From Acinetobacter phage Ab1-TPeters, in sequence record PP763253.1: a stretch of DNA of 64,000 nucleotides, one strand, 5' to 3'. Positions 63,999 to 64,000 of the stretch are shown here, one piece after another (positions within the stretch are counted from its first letter, which is position 1; every line of letters begins with the position of its first letter). The notes beneath the pieces were generated by a model. That model did no database searches. It was given only the letters and a program-made list of their open reading frames with translations, and was not told the origin of the DNA. The position numbers and the translations under genes are program-made.

Positions 63999-64000
63999 AA

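Noticed and set aside
1-64000. CRISPR array or tandem direct repeats
   Set aside because: The recurring 20-nt motif copies are irregularly spaced across intergenic regions and are not separated by uniform spacers, so they are promoter-like. No CRISPR-type array is present.

Overview
This window is an AT-rich dsDNA tailed-phage (myovirus-like) genome segment with three transcriptional blocks. Block 1 (1-27320, + strand) is an early/middle DNA-metabolism block. Block 2 (27363-56989, - strand) is a complete late structural and lysis operon. Block 3 (57404-64000, + strand) holds a small Pol-beta 8-kDa-like protein, class I ribonucleotide reductase and a helicase.

Block 1 contents:
- About 11 small unknown early genes.
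- NAD-dependent DNA ligase, family-A DNA polymerase, primase, SF2 helicase, a PD-(D/E)XK nuclease with a C-terminal cysteine cluster, and a DEDDh exonuclease.
- A thymidylate-metabolism trio: P-loop dNMP kinase, a ThyA-family enzyme and an HD 5'-deoxynucleotidase, plus dCTP deaminase.
- A compact Pol X.
- A putative NDP-hexose cassette: cupin, sugar-phosphate nucleotidyltransferase, eukaryotic-type phosphomannomutase and a possible glycosyltransferase.
- A ParM-like actin, a Nudix hydrolase and a SleB-like muralytic enzyme.
- The N-terminal half of a multisubunit-RNAP beta-prime subunit.

Block 2 order is terS, terL, portal, scaffold, major capsid, head-tail connectors, sheath, tube, chaperones, tape measure, Mu/P2-like baseplate, fibres, tailspike, CHAP endolysin.

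The most striking feature is that the beta-prime-like gene is interrupted inside its universal NADFDGDQM catalytic motif by a 360-nt intervening sequence. That sequence carries group I intron P/Q/R/S elements and a matching internal guide sequence, and has no ORF of its own.

Other notable observations:
- A roughly 20-nt intergenic motif, consensus (GAGCTC)AAAAGCTGTTTAAGTGTAAG with an AAACCTGTTAAGATGTCGGGG variant, recurs upstream of plus-strand genes. It is often followed by a GC hairpin and an RBS, and probably marks phage-specific promoters.
- A family of GGGAGC/GGCTCCC terminators.
- A 32-bp perfect palindrome and a GC-rich island in the 410-nt divergent region next to the terminase genes.
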